DNA of 64,000 nucleotides from Gracilinanus agilis (lineage: Eukaryota), in NCBI RefSeq assembly GCF_016433145.1, contig NC_058133.1, positions 438,448,287-438,512,286 of the forward strand. Reading direction: 5' to 3'. This document shows, in pieces, positions 23,580 to 47,678 of the stretch. The position numbers were made by a program, and so were the translations under genes. The first letter of the stretch is position 1; each line of letters begins with the position of its first letter. The notes under the pieces are model-generated. The model did not search any database and had not been told where the DNA came from. It was given only the letters and a program-made list of their open reading frames with translations.

Positions 23580-23980
23580 CTCACACAGCCTTTTCCTCCT
23601 TATTCATCATCTGATGGAATTCTCAATGGCTGTCATTGGTCCAGGAGCTAGATTTACTCTACACTACAGCCTGGTCTCTGGCAATCTTATCCCATCTTAG
23701 TCTCAGGCCATAGCCAAAATGGTGGTGGCATCAGTCACTGTAGCTGTGGTCTTGCAACATAATAATCTTTTTTTAAAAATAAAGCCTTTACATTCTGTCT
23801 TACAGTTGATACTAAATTTTGGTTCCAAAGCAGAAGAGCAGTAAGGGCTGGGTAACTGGAGTTAAGTGACTTGTCCAGGGTCACACAGGTATAAAGGGTC
23901 TGAGGCCAAATTTGAACCCAGGATCTCTTGTCTCTAGGTCTGGCTCACTATCCATTGAGCTATCTACTTGCCTTACAACT
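23150..23980 (-). mobile_element. Two SINE1_Mdo-type SINEs (~23150-23395 and ~23770-23980)
   Basis: Antisense gacttgcccagggtcac...tttgaactcaggacctc motifs. Confidence 0.7.
23536..23577. repeat. (TG)n microsatellite
   Basis: ~21 TG units. Confidence 0.95.
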
Positions 23981-24169
23981 TAGAAGTTGTAAAGAGAGTT
24001 AACTGGGTTACCGAGAGGTTGTGACTTGTTCTGCATCACTCAGCCAGTGTGTGGCAAAACCAGAATTTGAACCTTTGAGCTAATATTGCTGCAGCAAAAG
24101 CTGGAATTCAGTGGAGATGCCAGCAGAGACTAATGCTAATTGATGTTTATATAATTTTTATATACCTCT

Positions 24170-24388
24170 ATCATCTAAGTATCTACCAATCTTTGTATCT
24201 ATGTATTTATCTATGTAGCTCTGTGTATATTTGTATGTATCTATATGTGTATCTATCTACCTATCTTATCTATCTATCCATGTATCTATCTGTCTATTGG
24301 TGTGTGTATCTATCTATATGTATCTCTGCATGTGTCTGTCTATCTATCCATCTATTTATGTGTATCTGTGTTCATCTCTCTCTCTATT
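24170..24388. repeat. Compound (TATC/TGTA)n low-complexity repeat abutting the gap
   Basis: Degenerate tatc/tatg/tgtc tetranucleotide units. Confidence 0.85.
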
Positions 24389-24638
24389 NNNNNNNNNNNN
24401 NNNNNNNNNNNNNNNNNNNNNNNNNNNNNNNNNNNNNNNNNNNNNNNNNNNNNNNNNNNNNNNNNNNNNNNNNNNNNNNNNNNNNNNNNNNNNNNNNNNN
24501 NNNNNNNNNNNNNNNNNNNNNNNNNNNNNNNNNNNNNNNNNNNNNNNNNNNNNNNNNNNNNNNNNNNNNNNNNNNNNNNNNNNNNNNNNNNNNNNNNNNN
24601 NNNNNNNNNNNNNNNNNNNNNNNNNNNNNNNNNNNNNN
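24389..24638. other. Assembly gap (N run)
   Basis: 250 N. Confidence 1.
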
Positions 24639-25322
24639 GCTAAAGTAGAAAAGCATCCTTGAGTTAGTGATAGTTTGTCTTGTGCTTGATGGGTCAAACC
24701 TTTGCCATCTCTCACTTTTTTCACGGAAGGGCCATTGGAATAGCAACGCCACTCCCACCCCCCTGACCACAAGGCCTGTGTCTATGGCCCTCATGTGTAG
24801 ATGAAACCTAACAACCCTTGCAGCAGGTGCTGAGGCCCCCACAATCTCAAAAGCTACAACTCCCAAAGGCCCAGAATAGAAAGTCTTTACCACCAGATTC
24901 CTTGGCAGATGGTTGATCAGATAAAGTTTTATCCACGGAAATGACATTAAAGAGAAGCATCATCATCTGCTTTGCCATTGACCCTAAGAACTTTTCTTTC
25001 CATCTGACTTGTAGCCAAAACATCTATGTGTTACATCCTTCTATTAGAATGTGAACTCCTTGAGAAGAACTATATTGCTTTTCTATTTGTATCCTCAACA
25101 TTTAGTATGCAATAGGTGCTTAATACATTTTTTTTCATTCATTCATATGGTGCCAAGGCAGCACAATAAAGAACAACTCACTGGAGAACCCAGCAGAGAG
25201 AAGATCATCAGAGGACCTCAGTTTAGCAGAGAAAGTGGGTCACGGCCCACTAACACCAGTGGATACAGGTAAATTGGCAAGTATGCAAGCTTCAACTGCA
25301 GCAGCAGCAACAACAGAGGCAG

Positions 25323-25468
25323 AGGGGCAGCCTAGGTGGTTATGCATCTTAGCCGTGTGACCTTGGGCAAGTCACTTAACCCCAATTGCCTAGCCCCTTA
25401 CAACTTAATCTGCCTTGGAACAGATACTTAGTATTGATTCTAAGACAGAAGGTGAAGGTTTAAAAAAG
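25323..25468 (+). mobile_element. SINE1_Mdo (5' part deleted)
   Basis: gggcagcctaggtgg...gtgtgaccttgggcaagtcacttaaccccaattgcc. Confidence 0.75.
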
Positions 25469-25839
25469 AGGCAGAGAAGATTTCAACAGGAACTGACTCT
25501 CCCTTAAGACCTAGCCATGCGTATTCCCTAACCACATATGTTCCCTGGCTACATGGGCATATAAGTGCCCCCATGTGTCCATTCCTCAGCCACACATGTT
25601 CCAAGTAGGTAACCTGTTTCCACTGGTGGTGTGGTGGTCATCTGTGAGTGTACAGCCCTGTGTGTATTGGGGTGGGAGGAGCTATTTTGTGATTTCTTTT
25701 CTTTCTTTTAAAACATTTCTATTTATTTCTTTATTTTTACTTATTATTTAATTAAATGTTCTGTGCTTTGAATTAATATCCTTCTAGCTGATGTAGTAAA
25801 AGAAACACATGGTAGATGGCTCAAATGTTGTGGTTTTTC

Positions 25840-25948
25840 CCAGTGGAATTGCTTGTTGGCTACAGGAGTGGGGTGGGAGGAGGAGAGAGAAAGAATATGA
25901 ATCATGTAAAATTTTCTTTATTAATCAATTAAATAAAATTTTTAAAAA
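25840..25948 (+). mobile_element. Very short 5'-truncated L1 3' end with 13-bp TSD
   Basis: TSD gttgtggtttttc at 25827-25839 and 25949-25961, flanking cccagtggaattgcttgttggctacaggag...A-rich tail. Confidence 0.75.
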
Positions 25949-26674
25949 GTTGTGGTTTTTCAGAATAGACTGAAGCACAAGATGTTTTGAATTTAGAATA
26001 ACTTTTTAGGGTCCCATCTGTGAAGGGGAGGGGGGAGTTGTTAGATGAGAAAAGCTGAGAAGGTAAAGAAGGCTGATATCTAAGGGAACCAGAAAAAAAC
26101 TTTAAGGGAAGGACTAGGGAGGTGGGATGGGGTTCATCTGGGTAAAGTCCTGAAGGAAGCTAGTGATTCTAAGAAGCAGAGGAGAAGGAGTACACGGCAT
26201 CTTCCCGGTAGGACAGATTTAGAACGGGAAGACTCTTCAAGAAAGAATCTAGTCCAGCCCCCTCATTTGACAAATAAAGGGAGGCCCAGAGAGCTTCAGT
26301 GCCTTGCCCAAGGGCATACAGGTAGTAAAGCTTTCCCACTCAGATCTTGAGCTCTTCCGAGCCTCCTAGCCTAAATGTGTAAGTGGAGGGAAGGGGATGG
26401 GTGCTAGGGAGGTAGAACTGACAAGACTTGGCAGCTGATCATATATGAGGGAGTGAGGAGAGGGAAGAGTCAGAGATGACACATGGTAAACCTGGGGCTC
26501 CCAACATAAATTGGGAAGTTTATTGGAGGAGGAATGAATGATTGTATGAATAAAACTTTTAAGTGCTTCCTGTGTGCAAAGCATTGTGCTAAGTATTAGG
26601 GATTCATAGGGAGGAGTGATTGTCCCTGCTCTCAAGGAGCTCACATTCTAACAATACACATAGCAGAAGGCATC

Positions 26675-26868
26675 GAGGTAGCTCTATGGATGGAGAGCCA
26701 GTCCTAGGGATAGGAGGTCCTGGGTTCAAATCTGCTCTCAGACACTTCCTAGCTGTGTGACCCTGGGCAAGTCACTTAACCCCCATTGCCTAGCTCTTAC
26801 TGCTCTTCTGCCTTGGAACCAATAGGCAGACTTGATTCTAAGAGGGAAAGTTAGGGTTTAAAAACAAA
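26675..26868 (+). mobile_element. SINE1_Mdo
   Basis: ggtagctctatggatggagagcc...gattctaagagggaaag. Confidence 0.8.
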
Positions 26869-27629
26869 AATAACACATGTGGGAGGTTTCAGCTGTAAGT
26901 CAGAAAGAAAGACTCAGGGGTCTTTAGAAAGCAACAGGGAGACAGTAGATCTTGCTCTTGAGTGTTATTTTCATAGCTAAAAGCATATTTGTTTCTGACT
27001 TGACAGTGTCAACGACACTGGTGGCAAGACCATTCTTTTTTGGGTCTTCAGAAGGTTTGGTTTCTGGGGGAGGGTAAGGACCTACAGCTCTGGCAGAGGA
27101 AATAGCAAAGTCATATCTTCATGATGCTTTGGGGGTCGAGCTAGAAGCAGGGCCAGGGGGACTGGTAGATGGAGAAAGGACCAGAAAGGGGTAGGAAATG
27201 GCACTGCTGTTTCCAGGGCTCCTGAGATTACTTCCCCATTCCTAGCAGTTGGTGTTGGTGGAGGGGAAGGGTAACAAATTGTGTTTTGGACAAGTTGAAT
27301 TTGGGATACTCAGGAGAGAGAAAAGGAACAACTAGGTTGTATGCTGAATTGTGTTTTCTGTTGGACAAGTAACCTAATGTTGCAAAACAAACTATTCAGA
27401 AAATATGAGATGGCCATTTATGTAGAGAGAGTGAGGGAGAGCCACCATGGCATGATGGAATGGAGAGATGTGCCCCTTTTAGACTTTGGTCCATTTGTAC
27501 TTCTGAAACATGGAGCCCTGGCATCTCACTGTTTCTGTTACCTTCATGAATGAATGAATATCTGAATGAATTGGGGAGACAACTGATCAAGGAATCCCAT
27601 GGACCAACCCCTACTCATGGAATGCTTTA

Positions 27630-27838
27630 CATTTTTAAAAATTCATTTATTTAAAACTCCTTACCTTCTGGCTTAGAACTAATTAGTTCTAAGCAGGAAG
27701 AGTGGTAAGGGCTAGGCAATGGGGGTCAAGTTTCTTGCCCAGGGTCAGACAGCTGGGAAGTGTCTGAGGCCACATCTGAACTCAGGACCTCTCATCTCTG
27801 GGCTTGGCTTTCAATCCACTGAGCCACCTAGCTGCCCC
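27630..27838 (-). mobile_element. SINE1_Mdo
   Basis: ccttaccttctggcttag...ccactgagccacctagctgcccc. Confidence 0.8.
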
Positions 27839-28679
27839 TAGATTTTATGTACACCTGGAATGTTAAGAGAATTAAAGAAATCTTCTGGTAGCCTCTATGG
27901 AGAATCTAAGGGATGATACCAACAGGGACAAAAGGCAAAAAAAGAAAATATGGCCAAGTTTGGATTTGAATATGCCAGGGAAAGAGTGTGCTCACTGATG
28001 GGATCATGAATCCTTTGAAATGTAGAACTGAAATATTAAGATAGCCATTATGTAACTATTTTAAAACTGCTGGAAGGCTTCCTTTAATAAAGAAAAAAAA
28101 ATTTCAATGCTAATTAGCCACTCATTAAAAAAGGAAAAAGGAAAGAGGAAAGGACGTAGCAAAATAGAAAAAAGTTAAAACTGCCCTAGTTAGCAACTTA
28201 GTAACCCAGGCTACTATATCCTTGTTGAAAGGTGAGTCATGGAATCTTGGATATGATGGGGACATAGGGAGTACAGAGATCTATTACTGGGGGTGGGTGG
28301 AGGGTGGAAAGAAGGACTAAAGTTTCCATCCTTACAGTGCAGAGATTTGGTTAGAGGGAGCAGGATGGAGTGGACTGGGAGGGAAGTAGGGAAAAGGTCA
28401 CCAGTTCCAGTCACCAGACCCTTTTAGTGTTATTCCAGAGGTCATTTCCATATAGACTTTCAGGCTGTCCATCAGTAACATGGTAGAGGTTAAAATTAAA
28501 CTCCTCACCACAGTTCCATATCTTTTCAGTCCTCTCCTGGGACAATCCTTAGGGACCCAGGCTAGGACCAATGGTGCTGTGGTAGTTAAAAGATGTTTTC
28601 TGGCCTTGACTCAATAAAAAGTTTAGACACAGAGCCAAAGTGTTGGCAAAGGAGTATAGTTCAAAAAGAAAGGCCCTAA

Positions 28680-28855
28680 GAGCTTCTTCATCTTAGAATT
28701 GATACTGGGTATAGGTTCTAAGGCAGAAGAGACATAAGGGATTGGCAATTGGGGTTAAGTGACTTATCCAGGGTCATAGAAGCTAGGACACATTTGAGAT
28801 TAGATATGATCCAGTCTTCAAAATCTGGTTCTCTATCCACTGAGCTACCTACCTG
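28680..28855 (-). mobile_element. SINE1_Mdo
   Basis: tcttagaattgatactgggtataggttctaaggcagaag...ccactgagctacc. Confidence 0.7.
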
Positions 28856-29979
28856 GCCTCTAAAGAACTTCTTCAGTTAGCTGGCTGTATACAGCTGTCT
28901 GGGGTCTGAAATTAAAAAAAAAGTTGAATTAGCCCCTGTGGCTATGCTAATGAAAGTCTTCCCCTTTGGGGAAAGATACTACACAACAAGTGAAAACCAA
29001 ACCAGAACAATTCAGTGGAAATGCTAGGAGAGAAAGAGTAGCCAATCATAGAGAATAACTCAGCAAAGGACTTCAGTTTAATGGAGAAAGCATCCTACAG
29101 ACTACCATCTTCAGCAGACATAAGGAATAGCCAGATAAGCAAAAGATTTTAGTGGGGATGCAATCTTAGGTGTTCAACCTGTTTGCTTCAGTTCCTCATC
29201 TGTAAAATGAGATGGAGAAGGAAAGGGCAAACTATTCCATTATCTTTGCCAAAAAAACATGACCCAAATGGAGTCATGGAGAGTTGGATACAACTTCAGT
29301 GACTGAACAACAAACCTTAAGTGTATGTGTGTACTTTCCAGAAGTGTTCCTGGGCTGGGTGTTTTCTGTACATGTTTCCTCTAGTGATAAGGTAACCTTG
29401 GGAGAGTGTATGCCTGGTGTTTATTGGGAGATCTTTTTTTGCTATTTATTTTGCTTTGAATTGTTTCCTCTGATTAGCCTGGTAAACAAAATACACAAGT
29501 GAGGGCCTTGTAAGCTATGATTCTGAATGGATAAAGATTCCCAAAGTGGAGCTAGGGGACCCACATATGATATCATGGGACCCACATGTGAGAGATGTTT
29601 GGGAAGAAAGAAGAGTGGCATGACCTTGGAAGAAAAAAGATCAAGTAATAGTGATTATAGGGGAAAAGTTGTCTGAGACCTTGCCTGAAAATAAATAGTT
29701 GTTTGAAGAAAGATAAACAGTCAGGGAGGTGAACCTTTGTCATCAATGACTTTCCGTTGCTGAGGATAATGGGGAAAAGCATCTAAATGCTTTTATTTTT
29801 AATGCTAAAACTGCAAATGGTTGTCATTACCTGTGGGTCTGGGATTTCCCCCCCCCCTAGAAAGTCTAAGAGTGTTTTAAGTGACAGGATTCAAAGAATA
29901 AATAGAAATGAAAGGCAGAGGTTCTGATGAGCAATGACTGAGAGTAGTTGAAGCTTAATTAAGATATATGACTTGTGAG

Positions 29980-30520
29980 AAACAGCAATGACATTGGGTG
30001 ATATTTTGATTATTCAGTGAATTAGATTTAAATGAAGCAGAGTTGCACAGAGTCATCAGTTTTGTTCTCTCTTCCAGATTTATGAAAGTCCGGTGGCAAG
30101 ACAAAAATTAGTTAACTGTCAGTGGCCTAGTATGTAATGGATGATCATGGCATCTTTGATGGCTTGACCAAGTTCTAGGTGTTCAACAGTGCCTGCTTCA
30201 GCTATCTTCATGGCCCTTGGTACAAATTATTCTCATTTGCCCATTCTCCTGGGGAAATTTTCACATGCTGGGCTAGGCACCACCTAAATCAGTGATGAGT
30301 TTGAAGTCTGTCAGTTAACTTCAACCTGGTTTAGCTGGTTTGCTGAGACAGTTTTACTGGGGTATGTCTACTATGCATGCTATGACTTCTTGGAGTCACA
30401 GTTGAGAATTGGATGACAAATAGATACCAAAGGTGGATGAGCAGCCCTGAAAAAGGCTTGGAAAGCCTGATCACCCCACAGGTGCTAGTCTTCCCTACAC
30501 ACCCCATACAATCCAAAGCC
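29980..30520 (-). mobile_element. RTE-associated marsupial SINE (WALLSI/RTESINE-like)
   Basis: gtgaattagatttaaatgaagcagagttgcacagagtc...aaaggtggatgagcagccctgaaaa; family name from recall. Confidence 0.5.
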
Positions 30521-30696
30521 TAGACCAATAACTAGAGGTTACACTTAAAGCCAGAAAGGCCAAGGATTTCTAAGTTTCACCTTGGATGCAAACTCACTAT
30601 GCGACTGTGGGCAAGTCATTTAACCTCTCAATAGTCTAAGTCTCTGGGTGAATATAAAAATGAAAGTCCTGACTTCCATTAAGAGAAGAAGTTTTC

Positions 30697-30900
30697 AGGG
30701 ACAGCTGGGTAGCTCAGTGGATTGAGAACCTGGTCTACAGATGGGAGGTGCTGGGTTCAAATTTGGCCTCAGACACTGCTTAACTGTGTGACCCTGGGCA
30801 AGTCGCTTTACCCCTCATTGCCTAGCCCTTACCACTCTTCTGCCTTAGAATCAATATAGAATTGATTCTAAGGCAGAAGGTAAGGGTTTAAAAAAAAAAG
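30697..30900 (+). mobile_element. SINE1_Mdo inserted in an older MIR-like element
   Basis: gggacagctgggtagctcagtgg...aaaaaaaaaa; aagttttc repeated on both flanks. Confidence 0.8.
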
Positions 30901-31377
30901 TTTTCTTACCCGAGAGTTCCCTATATCAATGAAATTATAGCTTTAGTCCCTATACTTACCTAAATGCTCTCTTTTAAATATTCAAAAAGTCAAAAATATT
31001 CATAATATTTAGAAAGGGGCATCATTGTGAACATAGTGGAAAGAGGCACCGGTTCAGAATTTAAGAGACCTGAATTCCAGTCCCGATTTACTGTTTAACA
31101 AGTCATACGTCATAGCCTTTTTTCAAGCTTTAGTTTCCTCTTCTGAAAAATGAGGAACCTGGACCTGAAGATCTCTAAAGGCTGGACAGACTTTCTCTTT
31201 GCATGTTGTTACCTTCAAAGAACTGTGGTATGTGTGTCTGTAGGTAAATGAGACGGATTGGATTGGGTCCATTTTCATCCATACCTCTCAGTCAGCTTCT
31301 GTATATAAAGGTATTACAGTTGATCAGTGATCAGTAACCAAATTCTTGGCACGGAGCTTGGGAGGAACTGACCAAAC

Positions 31378-31771
31378 CTTTTTTTTTTTTATCTTTAATT
31401 AATTAATTAATTAATTAAGAATATTTCCCCATGGTTACATGATTCATGTTCTTTCCCTCCCCCCCCCCAGCCTATGAGCAATTCCATTGGGTTTTACATG
31501 TATCATTGTTCAAGACCTATTTCCACATTATTAATATTTGCAATAGAGTGAGCGTTTAAAGTCTACATCCCCAATCATATCATCATGGAATCATATGATC
31601 AGGCAGTTGTTTTTCTTCTGTGTTTCTCCTCCTACAGTTCTTTCTCTGGATGTGGATAGTGTTCTTTCTCATAAGTCCCTCAGAATTGTCCTGGGTCATT
31701 GCATTGCTGCTAGTAGAGAAGTCCATCACTTTTGATTGTGCCACAGTGCATCCATCTGTGTCGTTCTCCTG
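31378..31771 (-). mobile_element. 5'-truncated marsupial L1 3' end with TSD
   Basis: poly-T at 31379, L1 3' UTR text; ctgaccaaac at 31368-31377 and 31772-31781. Confidence 0.8.
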
Positions 31772-32239
31772 CTGACCAAACTTTAGAGGGCATGCTTTGC
31801 CAAGCCAAACACCTTCAATCCACAAATGTGTCTTATGTGTTCAATCTCCATAGTGAGAATGTAGGCTCCTTAAGAGCAAAGAAGCAGGCTTTACATTTCT
31901 CTGGTGCCTCTACAGTGCCCAGGATGGTAGCAAATATTGCTGTTCTTGCAAGGGAGGGAGAGCATGGACAAGTTATTATCATAACAGAAAGACATTTGGT
32001 CTCAATTTTCTCCATTATTTTGCATGGAAACCCTTAGGAGTAATCATGGCTTCTCTTTCTCCTTTGCCCCCCTACCTGCATACATCAGCAAGATCCAGTG
32101 ACATCTGTTGGATCTTCCTTTTCCAATCCATGCTCTCTTTCTCGACTTCCCATCACCCTTTGCTATTTCCCTCCCAACTTTTCCCTCCTGGTTTATTTCT
32201 CAAACACGCACTCCTCGTCTTCATCCCCTCTCCCCACCC

Positions 32240-32411
32240 CCCGCCCCCCCATTTCCCCCTCCTTCTCTCTCGCTTGTCTATCTTACCCTAGTTTGGAAAT
32301 GCTGCAAACCACTAAGCCTTCTGCCATTGGCTGGGCCCTACTGTCAGTCTGCTGGCATAAAGCATCTCCATTGGCCAAGCCGGAGGTGGGTCCTGGGAGC
32401 TGGATATAAAA
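32240..32411 (+). promoter_or_regulatory. PCP4L1: PCP4L1 core promoter (GC box, two inverted CCAAT boxes, TATA box)
   Basis: CCGCCC ~32241, ATTGG 32326-32330 and 32370-32374, TATAAAA 32405-32411. It is followed by a CpG-enriched leader/exon 1 and an AP-1-like TGAGTCA at 32583. Confidence 0.7.
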
Positions 32412-32687
32412 CACGGGGCGGGCATCGCGGAGCCGCTTTGACAGGACAGCTCAGAAGGGGACAGCCGGCTGGGAACTAAAGGACTCCAAAACTGGGGTGC
32501 CAGGTACCCAAGAGCAAAGGTCCTTCTGCATTCTTTTCTCCTGTGTGCCCAGCACCACACGTCCCTCTCGCAGGCAGTTCCGTGAGTCAACCACCGACGG
32601 CCAACGGCTCCCTTAGACAAACACCGTCTCAGTTAGCCCCATTCACCTGCGGGTGCAGCTCCCCCAAGGCACCCCGTCCTGCCCGCC

Positions 32688-46273
<13,586 letters not shown>

Positions 46274-46604
46274 GCCACCAGCCTGGCCCTTTGTCCTAGT
46301 TTCCCTTTTCCCTTGCACCTTTTTCCATAGTCCCTGATTCTTCTGTATTCTTCTGTTCCTACTTTCTCCATCCTGTCCCTGAGGCAATATCAACCCTCAG
46401 AATTGCCCCTGCCTCAGCCATTAGGGTGGCATAGCTGTAAGGGACTTGTGGAAGTAAAGGATCCAGTTAGCGACCACTTACCTAAGAGTGAACCAATCTC
46501 TCCCTGAAGATAATGACCCTCCTACTTTGTGTCTAGGCAGTATGCCAGAGACTGGCTAGGAGTGGCTCTGGTGGGAAACAAGCAGCTCTGAGGCTGAGTA
46601 ATGG

Positions 46605-46902
46605 ACCCCCCTGTCCACAAGGAAAATTGATGCCCAACATGCCCTCCTTGTCCACCATGACTAACACCACCATGAAGTTAATGACAAAGAGATTGACATG
46701 GATATGACAGCACCTGAGACAGAAAGAGCTGCGATTGCCATCCAGGGCAGGTTTTGAGACTATCAGAAAAAAAAAAAAAGTTCCGCCTAAGCTGCCAGCC
46801 TTGTCATTTGCCTGTTACCACCTCCCCCTGCACAGATCCTGATCCCATGTATCTTGGTTTCTCTCTTCTACTAACCTGTGAGGCACAGCTGTAAACCCTT
46901 GT
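46605..46902 (+). pseudogene. Degenerate tandem duplicate of the PCP4L1 terminal IQ exon (pseudo-exon in the 3' UTR)
   Basis: 46689-46790 reads [32 protein letters not shown], with 55/66 nt identical to 46169-46234. The acceptor region and 3' UTR blocks also align. In-frame stops at 46662 and 46755. Confidence 0.85.
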
Positions 46903-47672
46903 AATATCCTCTGTCCCCATTACCATAGTAGCAAAGCTCTAAGGAGCCTGAGAAAGCCAATCTCTCCTGTGTGAATAGTACTCAGTAGCAAGGTCCCATG
47001 TCAGTGACTAGGGGCAGGGCAGGAGGTGATAGACCCTTGGGCAATTAAAGCAGAGCAAAGGCTTCAGAGAGTGTTTGGGGGCAGTTTCTATCACATGCTA
47101 AACTTAGAGGTTAGGTAACATTACCTTACAGATTTCTATGTCCCTCTTCCCAACTTCCTCTTATGAGCTGAGCCACAGCAAGTACTAGAGCCTTCCCTTT
47201 CCACATCCCCTTGTCAGATTAAACAGTTTATCACATTAGTGCATGCTGGGTAGATTAGAATTTCAGGGAAGGAAGATGGGGAGTAGTAAAGGCAAAAAAA
47301 GTTCTCTCATTTCTCCCTATACCTCCCACCCAACCACCATTCTCTAAAGACAGGGAAATGAGAACGTTAGAGAAGCTCAAAGATGAGGGGGAAGGCAGAA
47401 AGTGGAGGAATGGGATTAGGATAGATTAAGAGTGAAAGGATATTGAGAGGCAGGAATGAAAGAGCAGTGAGGGGTTTCTGAAGCCTTGAGATAATGCCCA
47501 GTTGAGTGCCCTCTATGAAAAATATCTTTGGGCTCCAACAAGCCTCCCCATCCATATGCCCTGCCTTTGGTCTCCTGAACCCAGTGTCTTCACCTTTCCT
47601 CCAATCTCCATCTGTCCCACTGGGAGGCAGGGAAGAAATAACTGATCCTCCTCCCAAGGTTTTAGCATGTTT

Positions 47673-47678
47673 AATAAA
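47673..47678 (+). terminator. PCP4L1: PCP4L1 polyadenylation signal
   Basis: AATAAA followed by a GT/T-rich downstream element (gagtgagtttgtttctgtctacttttt), ~1.4 kb after the stop. Confidence 0.7.

Noticed and set aside
24133-24947. Long ORFs spanning 24.1-24.9 kb
   Set aside because: Artefacts of the (TATC)n repeat and the 250-N assembly gap.
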